From Saprolegnia diclina VS20 (lineage: Eukaryota), in contig NW_008246163.1 in assembly GCF_000281045.1 (NCBI RefSeq), positions 1 to 34,096 on the forward strand: DNA of 34,096 bases. The letters are read 5' to 3'. Numbering within the stretch: position 1 is the stretch's first letter; each line of letters starts with the position of its first letter. The position numbers and the translations under genes were made by a program. Positions 29,860-34,096 of the stretch are shown here, one piece after another. Under the pieces are notes generated by a model. The model made no database searches. It was not told the origin of the DNA and saw only the letters and a list, made by a program, of their open reading frames with translations.

Positions 29860-30330
29860 TATGCGATGGCCCCCATGCCATTCATCGTGCCCACTGCACA
29901 TTTAGGACGTCGTCGCCGACGACGTCGGTGCACACGAATGCCGACAGTGACGCGCTCCTTCATGTTGGGAATCGTCTGGATGGAGGTGCGGGCCGACCAT
30001 GAGACTCACTTCCGAGTCGTTCGCGACCGAGAGAACGCGGGACGTGCCAAATACCGCGCGCAAGACGGGCGTGACCGCTGCCGTGTAGAGACTATACTGC
30101 ACCAGTACGGCCATGGCGTTGGCTAGCGACATCTTTTGCGGCACGGTCTTCATGGCGACCGTCAGGCCAGCAATCAAATCGAACGTGGGGTCGCGCTTTA
30201 GAGATAGACAGGACGACGACGTACCACCGTGCGTGCGTACTCGATTTTGTTGGATCAAGTTGGAACAGTTCTTCGAACCCGCGGCAAGCGTACAAAAAAG
30301 ATGCACAACATGTAGCATCAGCAGCATCTT
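29860..30330 (-). pseudogene. SulP/SLC26 sulfate transporter N-terminal fragment (pseudogene)
   Basis: DLIAGLTVAMKTVPQKMSLANAMAVLVQYSLYTAAVTPVLRAVFGTSRVLSVANDSEVSLMVG matches the SulP TM1-TM3 signature (D..AG.TV....PQ......GLY.......FG.S). A frameshift leads into IQTIPNMKERVTVGI; the rest of the gene is absent. Confidence 0.8.
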
Positions 30331-31711
30331 GTTGCGTGATCGGCACATCCTGGTGTGCAGCGATATGCATGACAAGGCCAGCGACAAGTGTCCACGTTGG
30401 TTCGCTCGGACCACCGATTGGCACCGCGTCGCGTGATTCCCGTGGCCGGTTGTTTCTCGGAACGATCCTCTCCGGCGCGTGGTGCATGAAATGAGCAAAA
30501 ATTCAGCCACAGATCCAACATGAACGGATGAAGGCACTTGCAGTCCGACGCTAGTCGCCAAATAGGACGATCGCAATCTTCAATCGCTGCATCAAGTATG
30601 TTGCACTGGCGAGCCCTCTCAGCGACTACTATTACATCAAGGGGCGCATCCACAGGTTCCAACAGTACGATTCATTTGAACAAGATATCTTGTAGGTGTA
30701 GTAGACGGTCACAGACGTCACAGACACCGTGATGTGTCGTCGGGTGCGACAGCACATTCGCTCCTGATAACCCGCGACGGACCAAGATGCACCGCGAGCA
30801 GTGATGACTCCTAGCACTCCGGACGTTCCGTGACATCAAGACTATACCGCAGGTCACTGCGACGTTTCCTTGTCAAGTACAAATTGTAAGTACCACGTGG
30901 TACCAATCAGTTGACCGCGATGGTGCAATCACCGCTCCCGACCCGCATCCTCGTTCGGAGCGGCCTATCACCTTGCTTGGCTGCCGGCTCTCGACGTCGG
31001 TGATGCCCCAGCTTTCGCCGCGAGGAGCAACGCCGAGGCAAATAAGCGCGGCTTCTCTTGCGACACCGAGGCTTCTCCTCCTTCTTTGCCTTCCAGCACA
31101 ATTGACGTCTTGGGCGGCATTAGGTGCGCACGGGTGGGTACACCCCATACCCTACGCAGCACCGCGCCGATTGGTGCTGGGCGCGCGGCCTCGACGCCGC
31201 AGCCAAGAGCACCCAATTCCCGCTCGCTCACACAAAAAGGCCAAGCTACTCGTCCAGTGTACAGTTTCGTTTGGCCATCACGTGCCCATCGTCGCGTGAA
31301 GAAGCGCGAGATGCAGAGCGAGAAGAGCGTTCCAAGTCTCGCTAGCGTGCGTGAATTCGCCGCCCGAATCATGCGCCGTGCCTTCACTGCAAGTGATCAC
31401 CGCCCTATGTTGCCCAAGGATTCGGAGCGTATCATTGTGCTATGGTCGCGCCTCACCTTGAATGCAAGTCAAATGGGTGGGATTGCAGATGGTGCCGCGC
31501 CTTGCCTTTCGCATACAAACACGATGACACTTCAACACAGCTGGTTCGTATGCTCTTGCACAAAGGCAAAACGAAACCGAGACCCGATGGGAATCTCCTA
31601 TCGGCGGCATCCAGACTGCGACACGAACGCGTGTTTTGACCCTAACGCGCGTGTCGCGGGATACCCAGATCATTGACGGAGTAGTATTTGTGCCAAAGCG
31701 TTGCATCGATC

Positions 31712-31727
31712 GCTCATTCTTTCTTTC
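31712..31727 (+). promoter_or_regulatory. INR(+FPR)-like core promoter
   Basis: GCTCATTCTTTCTTTC just upstream of the ATG at 31736. Confidence 0.45.
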
Positions 31728-31735
31728 ACCGCGCC

Positions 31736-32467
31736 ATGGACATTGCCCGCCTTCTCTCGCCCGTCCTCGACGACGACAACGGTATTGAGCCGGACCGCAC
31801 ACCGTCGACGCCGTCGAGCGTCTCGTCCGTCGACGACGACCACACCCCGTCGTCGCGCACTGGTCGCTGGATGTACGAAGAGGAGCAATTTGCACTTGCG
31901 CTCATCGAATGCTTCCTCCTCGGATGCGTCCCGGACCTCGTGCGCGGCACATCGCTCCGCTGCTTCCTCGCGTTCAAGCTCCAGTGCTCGCCGATGCGCG
32001 TCTCCAAGAAGCTCGCGCGCTCCACCAAGCAGCTCAAGGTCGCTTCGGTGCCGATCCCAAAGAAGCTCGGCCACCAGCGCTACGCACCCAGCGTCACCGA
32101 CACGCGTCAAACGCTTGCCAAAACGCAAAACATGCAGCGCCTTGAGTTTGAGTTTTTGAACCAGCTCCGCGCTGCGAACGGCGGCCACCTCAGCGCGCCG
32201 CCGTCGCCGTCCTCCGACTGGTCATACGACGAAGAGGTGTTTGCTTGGAAGCTCATCGACAGCTTTCAGCGCGGCCACTTGTATCTCCCACACGACATGA
32301 CCCTCGGGACCTACTTGGTCGAGCAGCTCCGATGCAACCCGATGCGGATCGCACAGAAACTCGAGTCGGGCGTTCTCGCGGGGCAAGCCGTGCACCCGTC
32401 CATCTTGAGCAGCCTCGGCTACTGCCGACGAGATGTTGTCGACCGCTCCGCGCCGTTCTTGGTGTAA
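31736..32467 (+). CDS. Stramenopile-type Myb/helix-turn-helix-like protein with two repeats (243 aa)
   Basis: RTGRWMYEEEQFALALIECFLLG...GTSLRCFLAFKLQCSPMRVSKKL and WSYDEEVFAWKLIDSFQRG...MTLGTYLVEQLRCNPMRIAQKL fit the recurrent oomycete/diatom motif G.W..EEE.Y...LI..F..G.....G.TLR.FL...L.C.PMRISKK. Confidence 0.8.
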   Translation: MDIARLLSPVLDDDNGIEPDRTPSTPSSVSSVDDDHTPSSRTGRWMYEEEQFALALIECFLLGCVPDLVRGTSLRCFLAFKLQCSPMRVSKKLARSTKQLKVASVPIPKKLGHQRYAPSVTDTRQTLAKTQNMQRLEFEFLNQLRAANGGHLSAPPSPSSDWSYDEEVFAWKLIDSFQRGHLYLPHDMTLGTYLVEQLRCNPMRIAQKLESGVLAGQAVHPSILSSLGYCRRDVVDRSAPFLV

Positions 32468-34096
32468 AGGCGATGTATTTTGCGTGTTTAACCTTATTTT
32501 AACCTAATTAACCGAGACATCTTCGCGACATGAGACGACGTCTGCAACGTGTTGGAAGGGCAATTTGCAGCCTGCATGGGACATGCCTCTGATTGCACAA
32601 GCACCTCGAGATGCGCGTGAAAGGAAGGCGTCGCGGATGTCGGATTTTACTTTGTTTTTCTATGCGAACCCACAATTCACACCACCCGCGATACTCATCT
32701 CAAGAGACCAGGCATGCTGCGATGGGTGCGACGAACTGAGATTCAAGTTGCGCGTTTGCGTTCGTTTGTTCGTGGCAGCTCGTCCGACGACGGGGCTCTG
32801 AAACAAGGCGTGCACTGCAAGCGGCCACTCGCTATGTAATGTACGTCAATAATGCGATCCCAAGGCCCCAGACCCAGCGCGTTCTTTCCATCCCCACCGA
32901 GATCGGTGCTGCGAGCAATACACGCTGGGTGATGATGCCCAGGATGCAACTATTCTTGACCTTGCAAGTGCTCCTTCGACGTGTCTATACTTGTGCTGTG
33001 TTTTGAACTTGAGCACCTGCACCACGTTACCATTCGTCCATGCGTCGCGTTGTTCGTACAAACCCTGTTGGTGCCGGCGGCGGCTATGGTCTGCGAAGTG
33101 ACGCAGCGCGAGCAGTGCCCCATCGCGAAGCACTCAGCGGCACGGCAGCACCCTCGAATCGCATTTGGAACACTGAAAAGACAAACCAACCGCGTCGTAA
33201 TTCGCGATGTTTACAGTATGAATCAGCGCCCAGCGAAAACACCTACATTCACATTGATCGGCAGAGTCCGCGCCTCCTCCTCAAATACCACTTGCAATAT
33301 ATACTTGGGAGCTTTCCTCAGTCCGCAGGAGGCAGTGGCAAAGCGACTACGCCAGTCGTTTGCAGTACTGTAGCCATGGCACCTTTTGCAGCTCCATCAA
33401 ACTTCCAGTGCGTCTCAGGGTCCGTCTGGCGTCTTTGCCATGTACGGCGTCGACATCCCAAGGACACCAAGGGATGCGAATACCCCGCGTCTACATGGCA
33501 TGATTCGCATTGTTTGCTTAATAGTTACAGCGCGAGATAATACCAGTTCCGTCGACGTTTGACGACGCTGAACAGAGGATCAGAGCGTACTACGACATGC
33601 GATTAGTCGGACATTGGGCAACGCAAGTGCCATCTTTGGACTATTGTATGTGCCACCACGTCGGTAGCCCACACGACTGTCCGCGGTGCTGGTTCTGAGC
33701 GCAAAACCTTATCGATACGAGCTCGACAAGGTTTAGCACGCACTTGAGAATATTATTTCTGAAGTGCCACACCTTTTGATCCCAAGTTGCAGTTTCGTCG
33801 CTGAACGGCAAACATCTTGCGATGTGTGTCCCACTCTTCATCAGAAAGCAAAAAGCTTGAAGCTGCGCCGCAGCTGCTCCGATGGAGACCACAAATTGAC
33901 GCTCCGAGCTCGGACCTACAACTCTAGTTGCTAAGCTAAGTGATACTAGATCAGAACTATAGTTGGTGCATCGTTCAACAACAACATGGTGGCCCAACGC
34001 AAGCACTGCAAGACACGAAACGCGACCGTGACAGTTGCAGAAGTATGTTCTGTCAGAACGGTAAGAAGGAACGAGTCGCTGCAATTTTCTGATCGT

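Noticed and set aside
32990..33140. Possible ankyrin-repeat remnant on the minus strand (CTNNA.../NGNVVQVLKF); similar hint near 7920-7950
   Set aside because: Too short and frameshifted to support without a profile search.

Overview
Eukaryotic genomic DNA, almost certainly an oomycete and most likely Saprolegniales (Saprolegnia/Achlya-like). The evidence is GC-rich coding regions, 44-50 nt GT-AG introns, oomycete INR+FPR core promoters and oomycete-typical gene families. Intact genes: two adjacent secreted paralogues sharing an unrecognised QWxNFxAxNP motif (a small two-repeat protein and a Pro/Thr mucin-like CBM1 protein with a GPI signal); two paralogous helicase-associated (HA) repeat proteins; an 8-exon UPRTase-like gene with degenerate active-site motifs; an RWD-like/CCCH/SANT/CHY zinc-finger gene; and a two-repeat stramenopile Myb-like gene. 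Mobile or decayed material: a TIR element (123-994) rich in CCATCAA/TTGATGG sites, a 3'-truncated Ty1/copia retrotransposon ending at a perfect hairpin, 2OG-Fe(II)-family and SulP pseudogenes, and weak MULE, Harbinger and Helitron-like remnants. There are two assembly gaps. All family assignments come from motifs recognised by eye; no database searches were run.
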